Shown here piece after piece: positions 1 through 13,085 of a stretch of DNA of 64,000 nucleotides. The position numbers and the translations under genes are program-made. Source of the DNA: Azolla caroliniana (lineage: Eukaryota > Plantae > Polypodiophyta); assembly GCA_043228905.1 (NCBI GenBank), contig JBHGNT010000001.1, forward strand, positions 1,178,001 through 1,242,000. Reading direction: 5' to 3'. The notes below the pieces were generated by a model. That model was not told the origin of the DNA. It was given only the letters and a program-made list of their open reading frames with translations, and did no database searches. How positions within the stretch are numbered: position 1 is the stretch's first letter; each line of letters opens with the position of its first letter.

Positions 1-1
1 A

Positions 2-250
2 CTTGTCATGGGGACAGACGGTATGGTAGGAAAACAAGGGATGGCCACCCTAATGCTTAACAAACCTTATCATTTTGTTTGGTTGTTTTTTTACTGTAAA
101 GAGCTGTTTTCATATCTTTTTTCTGTCAATTTCTATTATCATTTGTACTCCATTCTAATATATGCAGGTGCCTACGAACAATTATTCCGCAAGATCCTTC
201 AAACTTTACCTCATCAACATTCTGTCATTGTTGAGACCTGGTTTCCATAA
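2..250 (+). CDS. 3' end of an unidentified gene entering from the left edge (exons <2-20 and 168-250)
   Basis: A GT..AG intron at 21-167 (G|GTATGG ... TATGCAG|) joins in frame to give ...LVMGTDGAYEQLFRKILQTLPHQHSVIVETWFP*. Family not recognised. Confidence 0.5.
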   Translation, partial: LVMGTDGMVGKQGMATLMLNKPYHFVWLFFYCKELFSYLFSVNFYYHLYSILIYAGAYEQLFRKILQTLPHQHSVIVETWFP

Positions 251-655
251 ATTTCCTAATAGTTGAATCTTCTATTCAATACTTCTAATATATTGTATCT
301 TAAAGGAGTCAAAAGAAAAATGCATCATCCTCTGAAAGTGGTCAATGTGGGCTGCAGCCAGCGATCTGCAGTAACTTGTGCATCTCCCGCGCGCACGGTC
401 ATAGATTTGTTAATACACTGCCAGGACGACACAATATTTGTTTTTTGGACTTTCAAAAAATACTTCCAAAAGCTAGGTGCATTCAGCATAGTTTGTAGGC
501 TAGTGATAGCTTTAAGGCAATCAAAATGCAATTCCTGTTTGTAAGGCCGTAAATGAGTGCAAAACAAATTATTATTTCAAAATTTACGTTAGATGGCTAA
601 ATACATTTGAATATTAATAAACAAATTTATTGCTAAAGAAAAACAAATGCCTTAC

Positions 656-3600
656 CTGAAATACAAAGGACAAGGCCTCCAAGAGCATGCAATGCATTTG
701 ATCCATTCTTTTGAAAGAAGTAGTATACAAACATTGGATTGATAGCCCGAAAAACACTTGAATCATATGCCATTATATTGTATATACCAATAGCTGCTAG
801 AGAAAAAAACCACACACACATGATGGGAGCAAAAATACGACCAATCTTCCCCGTTCCAAAACCTTGCATCACAAATAGCAAAACCAGTAGCATAATTGTA
901 ACTCCAACAACCGTATCTGTTGCAAAGAAAAAAATTTAGAAAATAAAATATTATTCTCAATATGAAAATGGCCATCTGATGTATGATGTTAATACATATT
1001 GACTACTTGCCTTGTGATAGTGTGGGTATTCCTACTTGAAACCCACTGACTGCAGCTGTAACTGTAACAAATAAGTAGATATTAAACCAGGGATTGGATT
1101 TGCTGGACATGTGATCAACAAGCCAACAATTTTATTGATGAGATTACAAGGCCAAAATAAACTTTATGTATATGTTCAATAAATCATCTTCATCAACAAT
1201 TTAGAGCTTCATGTATGCCCTCAAGAATAAGAATAGGAGGCCAATCATGAACTCTGCGACCAAATAAACATATACACTTGTATGTGACGCTTTAAGAAGG
1301 GGGCTGATTACTTTGTGGTTAAAACTGTCTATGTGAAAATAATGCACACACATACGTGCTCACCCTTCTTGGTGGAGATTTGAGTGTGAATTGAATTACA
1401 GTGCCCGTCTAGTAAGCCATCATACTTCTCGTGAATTATCTTATATGTTGAGCATGCGAGAAGTGATATTCATCCTCCACTAGGTTTGCATTGCATACCT
1501 TGCATATCTTCCTAACTGAGTGATGACGTCATTATACTACCTCAACACCTAACTTGTGTGAGTGAGTTTGAAGAATGATTATTGCTCTTTGAGAACCAAG
1601 GTTCATGGGGGTAGTAAGATGCAGTTGGATACATTCTAACATTTTTGCATTGTATCGGGACCAGAATTGAGGTGTAAATTTTGAAATATAATATTCCAAT
1701 TTTGACATTTTCAAATCTTTCCATTTCATCATTAGTGCCTCCAATAATCTATCCTTGAAGATGACATACCTCATAGTATGACCTAAGAGGTCCAATAGAT
1801 CTTTTACTCACCATCTTTTAAACCATTTCAAAATGTCATGCACCGATATAAATGAGAGGATTTTTCTCTTATTAGTGAGGTAGTGCCACCCCACATTTCC
1901 ACTCCATAAAGCAACACTTGGACCACCATAGCATTCAATAACATCAATCTCACTTCCCGTTCTCGCGTATTGATTCCCGAACATATAATAACTATTCCAA
2001 CCCTCTAAACGCATAGCATACATTCCACGTATTTGTCAACAGGACATTAATACCAGAATATTTGAAGTTTTGCACCACTTGTATTGGTTCTCCCTTGCAT
2101 GTAAAACTGGGGTAGTGTCTTAGTTATATTCCTTTATTCCCATCATTTTTGTTTTGTTCCCGTTAAAAATTACCTCTCCGATTTGAATGAATGTTTCCAA
2201 TACATCACGTCAGTGTTGCATACCATCCAAAGTATGTGAGAATAACACATCATCTGCCAAAACTCGAGTCTGGAGGACATACATTTATTGTGCCACCATG
2301 GTTGTCCATTGACTATGGTGCATGTCTCCATTCATGTGCATGAACTATAACTTAATGCGCAGAGATAGAGGGTGTAGAGAATGCAGATTTTTGGAGGAAG
2401 TTCTCTACACTAGACCTCTAATTTTACTCTCAGAGATCTCACAGAGGAGGATATGAACCAATTAAAAATAAATATGCAACCATCCTGACTGCTATAACAA
2501 CTCTTAACAACTGCGACACATGACAGAGACTTAGGAAGGGAAAGCTTAAGAATAAATATACCCAGTACAAGTGAGAGAAACAGAAACCACAAAAAAATGA
2601 AAGAAAGTGCACAATCAACATTAGCACTCAAGATTGCACTCTGAATTTTATCTGAATCTCAAGGTTAAAATAAATGAATTTTACTGCAGCATTTCTAAAT
2701 TATGTCAATTTCCTATGGGAGTCTATTCAAAAACATAGTAGTATGTTAGACTGCTCTATTGCCTTATTCAAGATGATGATTAGCATCACAGAAGAATTAA
2801 TAACCCCGGCACAAGAAAGTGAAAAGAGAAGCCCTAAAAATATGAAAGAAAATTCGCAATCAAAAGTATCAATCACAAACACAGTGTTTGACAAGGAGAT
2901 CTTGTGAAATGATTTAAACCCATAATTTAGAGAATGAATGGAGGAGGACAGGCACCTGATATGCAAGGAGTGAGTATGCCATCCCCCATCATAAAGCTCG
3001 CTCCAAAGAGAGCCATAATGAGGAGCGTGGTTTTCCAAACATTATTTTTCTCTAATTTCTCTTTCACTGTCAAGGCTCTCTGTAGCCTCTGAGTTGGAAT
3101 TTCAATCTTATAATTAGAAAGCATGTCATCAGCTGGTTGCCTGTTTGGCATAAGACCAACTTTTGCATATCGGCAAATCAAAGAGTACAAAGAGAATGTG
3201 CCACCTGCAGCAATTGCGACTGATTTTAGCAATAAAACTTTGGCTTGATATCGATTTTCCAAAACTACATATGTTAGGCTTATTAAGATCTATGATTCCA
3301 TCACTGTACCATAGTTATGCAAATTCTCACATAATCAAACTCGATGGAACCTCTGCATGTAAATAAGGAAATACTTATGATTACAGTTTCTCCCTGACTA
3401 ATTTTAGACTAAATCCCATGGTAAAAACTTCCATCTATCATTCGACTCCAACTGAAACTTACTAAGCTAGTGCAAAAACAAATAAGCTCAAGAAGAAATT
3501 CCTCCTGCAAATGACCTTTGATATCATCGTCCACATTGCTATTGGATCGTTGCAAAATAATAACATATTTTATAAGCACAATGAGGGTAAGGGTATAAAT

Positions 3601-4985
3601 AATGATCGAAAGTGCCCCCAAGATATCAATGTGCCCAACAATCCCTACTGCATTAAAGGCATTGGTATACACATACAATGGACTTGTGCCCAGGTCACTG
3701 TAGAGTATACCAACTGCCTGGAAAGCGCGAGATAGAGTTACAGAGAATTTTTGTTCCTGAAAAAACAACACCAATGAAAACGTCAGATAGGATTGTTATT
3801 TCCAAATGTACGATGAGAAAATGCATATTCAACCCATTTTTATGGTTTTGGAAAGAATAAGCATAGCACAAATGCCAAGAATATAGTTATTCGGTTAGGG
3901 ATACAATAGTTCTATCAAGGAGGGTGACCTAATGGTTTGTAAGACATACGTCAAGAGTTCATGTCCAGCCCCAGCATCGACTATCAGGCAAAGGCAATCG
4001 AGCCCCCATTTAGAGGGGGAAAAACATTAATGTCAACAGAGCTACGCAGAGACAACAACTGCCAGTAATGAAACAACGATAGAGTATGACAGGAAACAGG
4101 GCGGGAGAACCAATTCCCCACTTTCCAGGAATTGGTCCATGATAATAAAATTACAATTAAACCCTGATTTTTCCACCTTGTACAATTTTAGAAATCAGTA
4201 TTCCATGTCTGAGTCTAAACCCTAAAAGTAACAATGTCCTTTACTCTACAAACCCTATAAAGAAAACTAATCTAGAAATCCTGGTTCTACCACCTTATGT
4301 GATGCAAGTTGACTTATACCAGACCTCAAGGCGATGTCTTGCTGAGATGTCTGTATGATCAGTGACAACCCTAAATATTAAAACTATAACCCCCTCAAAA
4401 CTCCAAGATTATGCAATTTTATCACATTTATGACATTTCTTAAGTCTCGGTCATAAGGAGATTCAGTACAATTGTTATAAACCCTAAATATAACAATAAC
4501 CTTTAGCTATACAAACTCTAAAATGAGCAACTAACCTACAAACCCTGATTATCCCGCCTTGCACAATTCAGATAGATACACACCATGCCCCGCAGCGAAA
4601 CCATGTTGAGATATTTTATATGTGTATATATGATCAATGAAAACCTTATTCCATTGTATTGTGCATTTCACACACATTTCTACGGTAAATAAGAACCGAA
4701 ACTTACAGAAAATTTGACTGGAGAGAAAATAAAACAAACCTGGGGGGAATAAGGAGAATAAGAAGGTCCTGAAAAATGCGCAGTCTCGACATCTAGAGAA
4801 TCAAAACGAGGAACAGTCCTCTTCAGTCTCGGTCGAATCTCAGATTCTGGAAGAGACCTGGGTATTCCGTCGCTGGCAATAGAAGAGCGCCTACTGCTGG
4901 AAGGCCTCTCTTCATCAGGATCTCTGGAAGGATCAGGTAAGAGAGGGCGAGAAGCTTCGGCTTCGATCGTGTTCTGAGCTTCCAT
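656..4985 (-). CDS. KUP: KUP/HAK/KT potassium transporter, N-terminal half (possibly truncated or pseudogenic)
   Basis: Phase-consistent exons are 4985-4740, 3756-3516, 3204-2956, 1061-1011 and 916-656. Motifs: FDSLDVE, YSDLGTSPLY, GGTFSLYSLICRYAKV, MGDGILTPCIS, QGFGTGKIGRIFAP, LGGLVLCISG. The expected next exon (EAMFADLGHF) was not found in 1-655. Confidence 0.88.
1256..1500. repeat. Dispersed repeat, copy A (copy B at about 60553-60720)
   Basis: Both copies share GACCAAATAAACATAT, TTGGTGG.GATTT.AGT and GTTGA.CATGCGAGAA..TATTCATCCTCCACTAGGTTT.CATTGCATA. Confidence 0.7.
1540..2340 (-). mobile_element. Degenerate non-LTR retrotransposon (RTE-like LINE) reverse transcriptase remnant in KUP intron 3
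   Basis: Broken minus-strand frames give VLADDVLFSHTLDGMQ (xADD RT motif), GEPIQVVQNFKYSGI and LLYGVEMWG, interrupted by stops and frameshifts. Confidence 0.65.
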
Positions 4986-7900
4986 GGATTCGCCTTCCTC
5001 CTCCACCTCCTCCTGCTGCTGCTACTGCTCCATGATATTGTGGATGAGCTTCGGTTTGGTGACAAGTGTATGTGCCATATACCGAACCGATAGGCTCGGT
5101 GCCGAACCTTCTCCTTCCTTCCCAAATATATGTATGGGTACAAAGTGTTCAAACCTAGTTCTATTGGTTTAGATAATAATAAAAAACACATCTTTTGTGC
5201 TAGCCAATAGAGCTAGGTTTGACCACTTGGTCTTGTACCCACACAAAAACGTTTGGCACATGGGGTCGGTTATGATCGACAAGGATTAGGGTGTGATCCC
5301 AACCAACCCATGTGCCAAACCTCTTTGTAAGAACTATGTCGCACCCACTGCACAAGAGAGATCTGACTTCCACTTCGGACATTTGTTTATCTGCCTAGCT
5401 TGGAATTTGTCCTTCGACGAAATCGAATGGGCAATAAATGCCAAATATTATGATGTCCCTACAAAAAGTCAAACAGGCGTGTGAACTATGGTCAATTTTA
5501 GATGACCATTTCAAACCTTAAATAGCATACATGATTTGGTTTTGAATCAATTACATCGCCCACACATATCTACATCATCAAAATAATGGAAAGTAATAAA
5601 AGATCCAAGATTTTGTATGGAATTCAACTATACTCGTTAAGAGGAGCAACGAAATGAGAATTCAATGTTATTAAAATCCTCATAAGTGCTATTTGAAGGA
5701 ATATTCTTATCAACATGAATGGTGTCTTTGTAGATACCATTATAGTGGAAGTTTTAATCAAATATTAAGAAATTTTCAATTATAAGATTAATTCGGTTTA
5801 TTATATCGTTATATTGCTTTATGTAGCCTTAAACATCAATCAATTGACTACATTCCTTCCTAATCCTAACTTATCGTGTGAATGGAGGGAGGGTTGACCG
5901 ATTATAATGCCCAACACCGGTCAACATCATGTAGAACATGCAATTGTATATGCTTTCGATAATGAATATCATTGTAGTATAAATAGCAAATGCATCATAT
6001 AGGAGCCACATAAGTAAGGGAGAACAAACCATGATTGACGTGGAAACAAAGTCTATAATTTGTATCGAAGGAACTACTACCTTAAATCTTGGGCTTCTTA
6101 CCATTTGATGATGCATAGGAAATAAGTTGATGGAAGTTGCTCAGATAATATAAATTAATTTGATTCAAATGGAAGACCATGTGTTGTCTTACTATCCCAT
6201 TGAAGTTGAAAACATCCCTAGTATCACATATGGGTGGAGGTTAAATGATGTAAAAAAAATGTATATCAAGAGGGTTGGGCAATGTCTTGGGATAGTAGAG
6301 CTCTTGAATGATCACCTAATCCAAGGAGAAGAATGTGTTTACCATCTTTATGGGGGTCATACATCTAATCCAATTCCTTGCCTTTGTGCTCCTCAACTCC
6401 ACCATTTGGTATCTTCGAGAAGGTAAGATTGGTATGGGAAATTTAGTGAGTCTTCTTTGGTCTCAACAAGGAAAGAGAGTATGATTTACCTCCACTCCCT
6501 TTTTGTTGCTTGAAATCATGTATTTTTATGAGAGTGGTCCCTTATAAATAGGTATTTGATTGTTATCGCCACCTAATTGTATGTCTACGTAAAAGATTAC
6601 CTCTCACTCATTTATACCAAGCAATCTTAGTCAATGCATCCACATCTAGCTCTTACTCGTGAGCATTGATTTGTCCAATCCACTCGTAAACATGGGTGTT
6701 TCATCCATACATTATTTAAGTTTATGTTGGTCTGTCATGATAAATAATGTCACCATTCGTACATCCACACCTACCTTGTGCACATTGTGACAAAATTCTC
6801 AACCTGACATTTTTTATGCAACATTGCAATTGATCTTTTTATGGATGCTTCACTTACAACACTATCCAAGTATGTGCATGCATGTGCACGTGTGTAAGCA
6901 CGTCATTTAATGTGACGAAATTATCATACTATTGTTATTAGTTTGTTCACATATTTGCCAAAAAGTATGATAGAGGTGATAAATAACATGCATAACTATT
7001 ATGCATCATTTTTTAATGTCCACGATAGACTTATATAGAAAGATGATTCGTCAAGTTTTTGATGGTCATAATTATGTCAATGATTCATTGTGAAGGATAC
7101 TAGAACGTCCGTTGAGTTCAAAGGCTCACCAATTATTGCATCATATTGACCTCTTAAAGTAAGTAAGAGCATTAACCATAACTCTTGAAACATGTAAGGG
7201 CTTGCCAATTACGAATAAGGGTTAATTTTGGTAAGGAGTTTTCACTTAAATTGGACCATCACATTACAATATCAAAACAACCATGAATCTATTGGAATAT
7301 GCTCAGCCTTATTCAAGTGCGTTGATTGTTTATGTATAAGAATTTGATATATGGGAACTCATGGAGTTTTATGTATTGTGATTCTAGTCATAATATCATA
7401 GTTTTACACGAGTAGTGATAAACAATTGTTATCAAACAAAATTAACAAGCTAAACACTCATCCTTGATCAAGTTTTTGTTTATAACTAAAAAGGATTTTT
7501 CTTTGACAATGTTTCAACATCTCATATTCAACGTGATTTTTGAGACACAATATGATAATAGTAAGTGTTGTGGAAACATTTTGGGATGGCTCAATTCATA
7601 AGTATTTGAGCTAGGTTATCAAATAACCATATCCATTGTTGATGTTGTTAGGCACCTTCATGTCCATCGTCGTTATGGCCTTTGTGTTTATCATTGCCAC
7701 ATCAATCATATCAATCTAATGAAGTTGGCCTTAACAATCTACATCCATGTTTTCTTTGATATTTTGCATATGTTTTTTATAGATTGCATATTGTATTGTT
7801 GATCATGCATTTCATGTTATATCAAATATTTCAACAAATGATTATTGTCTATTTGTTCAATATACACTACCCGATAAATTGCATGATCAAAGCTCCATAT

Positions 7901-8532
7901 GGGAAACCACCATTCCATCTACAATTGGAATTTGGAGGCAATCTCAATCCTATAATGTTTGAAGCTCCCTAAGCTTTAAAGTGGCTCATAATTGTACACA
8001 ATGTACGATTTGTTCTTGTTTTGAGTCTTCACAAGCACAAGCTTTGTTTCAAAGCCATCTTTTGAAGTGTTTAGAAAACAAACCACGCCATTTGCTAAAA
8101 TCAAAAGCACAATAGCTACAGTCCCAATGGTAAATTCTTCAATGCATTCTTACTATACACAATTGTTGATTGTTTGTTCCCACTCATAAATGCACGAACC
8201 AAGTAGAGTTTGTGAGAATGGACACCCTTTGTCCATAACAATTGTGCTATGGAAAAACTTTGGATGTGAACTCCATCTTCGATACACACATGACATATCA
8301 CTTTCTCATAGATTCGAGAATTTGCAAACATATATTAAGACCCGAGTTATTCCATGTGTTTCCAAATATGTGGCACCATATCAAATACTTTCCCGAGGGA
8401 TATATATAAAGAGATTTAATTATCATCCTCAAAGGTTGATTATGATGCACGAGACCATGAATGAAACATTTTTACATGGTATGTGGGGAATTTCGTAAAG
8501 ATTCTTGATGTTCACAATTTTTTCTAATAAAC

Positions 8533-8534
<2 letters not shown>

Positions 8535-8620
<86 letters not shown>
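8535..8620. repeat. Compound microsatellite (TG)n(AG)n
   Basis: Directly visible. Confidence 0.97.
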
Positions 8621-8624
<4 letters not shown>

Positions 8625-9316
8625 TAAACATCGAGTGCAATCTCGAGTGAAACACATGTAATCTTGAGTGCAACCCACACTGAACATATTGAGGAAAAAC
8701 AAAAAATAGTAAGATGATCTCCTATATATATTATTCTCCTTTTGGTTGGGCCCAACTTCACATGTATCGGTTTTGTATGCACGCATGCCGTTACTCGAGT
8801 AACAATAATCATACATTCAAATTCATATCAGAACAGTTAGATTGTAGCTAATGACGAGTCAAACTAGATATGATAATTAGCTCTCACGATCTTAATTATT
8901 GATATCTCTCGTTATCTCCAATATACAACTTTTTTATGACTCTATTGATGCATTTTGTATGTTCTCAATCATGTTTCTTCGTGAAACGAGCATGAAATGC
9001 AACCCATTACCAAATTTGGACATTTTTCAACTGATTGTCATCATAAGCAAAAGTTAGGATGTTGATGGTTTTTTGTCCATCCGATAGATAGGGAAAACGT
9101 TGCCTTTATTTCTATCATCTAAGTATATTTTGGTTGAACAACTTCTATGGTGCCCAAAGAAGCTAAAAAATCTTTCATGTGGGGAACACTCTTTAGAATA
9201 TGGATCACAATGTGATTTGCATGTGTTCTTTTGATATCAAACAAAACTAACAAGCATTCATGATGTTCAACGAAATGTTTATGGGGAAAAACTTATGTCC
9301 TTGTTTTGCGGTAATG

Positions 9317-9350
<34 letters not shown>

Positions 9351-11766
9351 TATACGTGAAAAGTGCACATATATATGCAACTTATCTCGTTGAAAATTAT
9401 ATCCAACTTACCTCATTGTAAAGTGTGTATCAACTTATACAGTTACAAGTACATACATGCATATAAGGAAGAACAAGTGGTTCTTATCTCGTAAACACAT
9501 TGATCACGTTTGTTTTATATTCATTTTCTTTAATAGAAACAGAAAGGGCTTAACTCTATTGAAGTTTCTCATCTATAATGCATGTCCTTGTAGAAACCGA
9601 GTGAACAAAATAATAAATTGTTGACCACAATATGAAACCAATTTTTGTTTTAAATAATATATAACTCTTTTGAGATTCTCAAGCTTTAAATGGTTGTGTA
9701 TTGTAAAGCTCATTTTTCACAAAGTCAAGGTTTTAGGTTTGATGTGACGACTTTCATGTTATTTATATGATAAAAACATTGGTTTACACATATGCATGCT
9801 AATCATTCAATATAAGAGCTTTCTTCAAAGTAGAGGTGTGCAAGTGTATTTTCTATGGTATATGCACCCCCATCTTTTGGGGTACTAGGACCGTTTTATC
9901 AGAGTTGAGCACCTCCTTTGTATCCCAGTATAGTTTGCCTCTTTTTAGAATGTTGCTACCGAGTGTGGCGAAGTGGGACGCGTTGCTTTTATCTATCACT
10001 GCAAGAAACTTGTCTCGAAGAATATATATGTAAAAATGTAGGTACCAAAATGTTCATGTATACACTGAATATATAGAAGAATCTTGACATATTCACGAGG
10101 AAGGTGAAGGAAAACCCATACCAAGAACACATCCATCACTCTCACACTCTTGCAAAGATAGTCTATGTGGAACACTTTGTAGAGATTTTAAGAACTTCAA
10201 TATACAATCGAAGAAGAATGTGACAAAAACACTATCTAGTAAGATAAGAACCATAGTAATATAATTGAGAGTAGGATGCTTTGCTATGTGATAATGAAAT
10301 GGGTTAAGTCAACAATCTTGATTTCTCTCTTTGATTAAGAGTTGTGTTGATTTTCATTTCTTACGCGAAAAAAATGGCTATAAGACTATATTGCTTTTGT
10401 CTCATGGGTTTCAAAACTAACCTCATCAGAGTTGTTAAAGACATTTCTCGTTTGATTCTCCTTTAAACTTGAACAATAACCATATTCCATTTAGCATGTT
10501 ATTGAGAACGTTGAATGCTCATCCAAACTAGTTTGCAAGGGCTTGGATGAGAATAAAAATGTAATGTATCGAACATATTATCCAGAACAATCAGTATATT
10601 GATGAAAGTATTGTGCATTATAATTACATTGCATGCTTCAAACACGAAATTAAGCATGGTATTAAAAAATTGAGCACCTCGATCAGATCATCCACTTTGA
10701 TTCAACAATAATATGAATATGACTAGGTTATTTGAAACATTAAGTAGCCTAATAGATAGACAGTCAAGCTTTGTCAATTTAAAGAGGGGAAAATCATGTG
10801 TTATTCGACAATGAATTGAAGGAGAAACTAGTGTTATGAATTAGATTTTTACCAAGGTTATATCTTGATATTATTGAATATAGGAGGGGTACCGTTTACC
10901 ATATGTATATTCATTTTTTTGTTTTTTTCCCTAATTAATGATTGTAATGCATTAATATTGTACGTGTTAACAATTCCTAGTATGCTCGAAGGAAATATAG
11001 ATAGATTTTATTATCGTCCTCGCAAGTCAATATGTGACCAATGGGACCTCCTCCATTCACCTTAAATAAAGTATGTGCAAGCAAAAGAGAGAGAGAGTCA
11101 AAATAAAGTGAGAACTTGGGATGGACTGATAAATTATTTACTAATGGAGCAAGTTACACGTCCATTCATTGGGATGATAGGGGAAAACCATATACTTATA
11201 GTTGAAAATTGGGTCCCCGATGAACATTTCTAACTAGCATGTCAAGAAGAATTTGACTGTGGGAGATTACAACATCAACTGTCGGATTCTGGGGCCCATC
11301 AGCAATAGTTCCAAACCGGCAAGTAAAAGAAAAAAAAACATTCGGTCGACAAATTTACCGAACGAGGACCCGTGAGTGGGTTGGTGGGTAGGGCATCCTT
11401 TTCCCCGACGGATCTTCACTCACTCCTTGAGAGGAGGCACTATAAAAACAATAATGTTATTGGAGGGACATTTAGTTGTAAAGAGAGAGACAGAAAGAGA
11501 GCATTGATTTTTGATATATATATATATATATATAATATGTATATACATATTTTTTATATTTTTCTTTCCCGTGTTAAAAGGGCTTTTCTAAGGAATCAAA
11601 TAGAGTTAAAAAATAAATAAAAATCAAAAGAGCAAAAGAAAGGAAAAAGAAGGGAGGAAAGAAAGAAAAAAAGTGGGAACAAAAAGAGAAGAAGAAACAA
11701 GGTGTTAAAGATAACAATGAAAATAAAAACATCACTTTCTAGCGCACGTGAAAAAATGGTGTGTGC

Positions 11767-12301
11767 TGATTTGGGTGGATGTCCGGCGTGGCACAAACCA
11801 ACGCATTGTTCGACATGGCATAAAAGTTGGAGCGGACACGCCATCGTCCCCTGTGACCTTCCCCATGGACAAGCTAAGACCACACACTCTTGTATATCAA
11901 AATCCTCGGACGGCCTGACCCGAGGTCACATGTGATGACTCGCTCAAACAAGGTCAGTTGCCTCCGTCACGTGGCCCATACTTGTAAGGTTAACACGACC
12001 ACAAACGATGTGAACTTGTCTTTGCATCTAGCATGTCAATATATAGAATGATTTGGGCGGATGTCCGGCGTGGCACAAACCAACGCATTGTTCGACATGG
12101 CATAAAAGCTGGAGCGGACACGCCATCGTCCCCTGTGACCTTCCCCATGGACAAGCTAAGAGACGGCTTGACATGAGGTCACATGTGATGACTCGCTCAA
12201 ACAAGGTTAGTTGCCTCTGTCATGTGCCCCATACTTGTAAGGTTAACACGACCACAAACGATGTGAACTTGTCTTTGCATCTAGCATGTCAATATATAGA
12301 A
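11767..12301. repeat. Tandem duplication (about 282 bp + 253 bp) upstream of AIR9
   Basis: TGATTTGGG(T/C)GGATGTCCGGCGTGGCAC...CAATATATAGAA occurs at 11767-12048 and 12049-12301. Copy 2 has an internal deletion of about 29 bp. Confidence 0.95.
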
Positions 12302-12594
12302 TGATGTGTGTGTGCATGTGTGCGAGGGGAGGGCATGCAGAGTGTCTTGCACGCTCTTTTTAGCCGATATGGGCAATGGAGACAGAAATGGGCTTGATAG
12401 ATAGACGGGGGAGTGGTTCGAAACTTGTTTGGCGAACAAAACCCAAGTGGCTAGTGGCCAGGAAACCAGATATATACATACATTATATATATACAGAGAC
12501 AGAAGAGTTGGGAGGGACGATGGTTGTGGGCACGAATCCGTCGATCTCCGTTCCACTACACTTAATTAAAAACAAAAAGAACACGAGACCTTGC

Positions 12595-12639
12595 GACACG
12601 TCAGCTGCCACGTCAGATAGCCACGTAAGATGCCACGTG
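12595..12639. promoter_or_regulatory. Cluster of four ACGT-core G-box/ABRE-like motifs in the AIR9 promoter
   Basis: GACACGTC, GCCACGTC, GCCACGTA and GCCACGTG are spaced about 12 bp apart, just before a CT-rich leader. Confidence 0.55.
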
Positions 12640-13085
12640 AGCTCTTGCTCTTCGTATTCTCTCTCCCCCTTCTCTTCTCTCTCTTCCCTTTCTCTCTCCC
12701 TCTCTCACTCTCTCGCTCCCCCCCCCCCCCCCCCCCTCTCTCTCTCTCTTCTCTTTTCTTCTTCTCTGTCTCTGTCTCTGTCTCTGCCTCTCTCCCTCGA
12801 GCATATAGCTATGGTGGGCTCTGCAGCTGGTTAACCTGTCAGCTTTCCTTCTTTCTTCTTAATCTCTGCTATGGCTTTGGCTATGGCGGAACTTCACCTC
12901 CCTCCATTCCCTCCTTTTTCTTCTCCTTTAATTACCTTTCACGGTTGCGTATAGATTTCTTTCCATCGTCTCCCTCGCTGCTTTCCTTCTCCTTCTCCGG
13001 CTCCTCTTCTTCCATAGCCTCTTTCAGATCAGTACTCTATTTCTGTTATCTCATTCCTTTTACAGAACTAAATATTCCTTCCACA

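Noticed and set aside
4130-4550. Scattered AAACCCT(A) motifs as an interstitial telomere
   Set aside because: The motifs are not tandem; they belong to a diverged local repeat in KUP intron 1.
12630-13065. N-terminal 150 aa of the 698-aa ORF
   Set aside because: This is CT-microsatellite leader or intron sequence that is open by chance.
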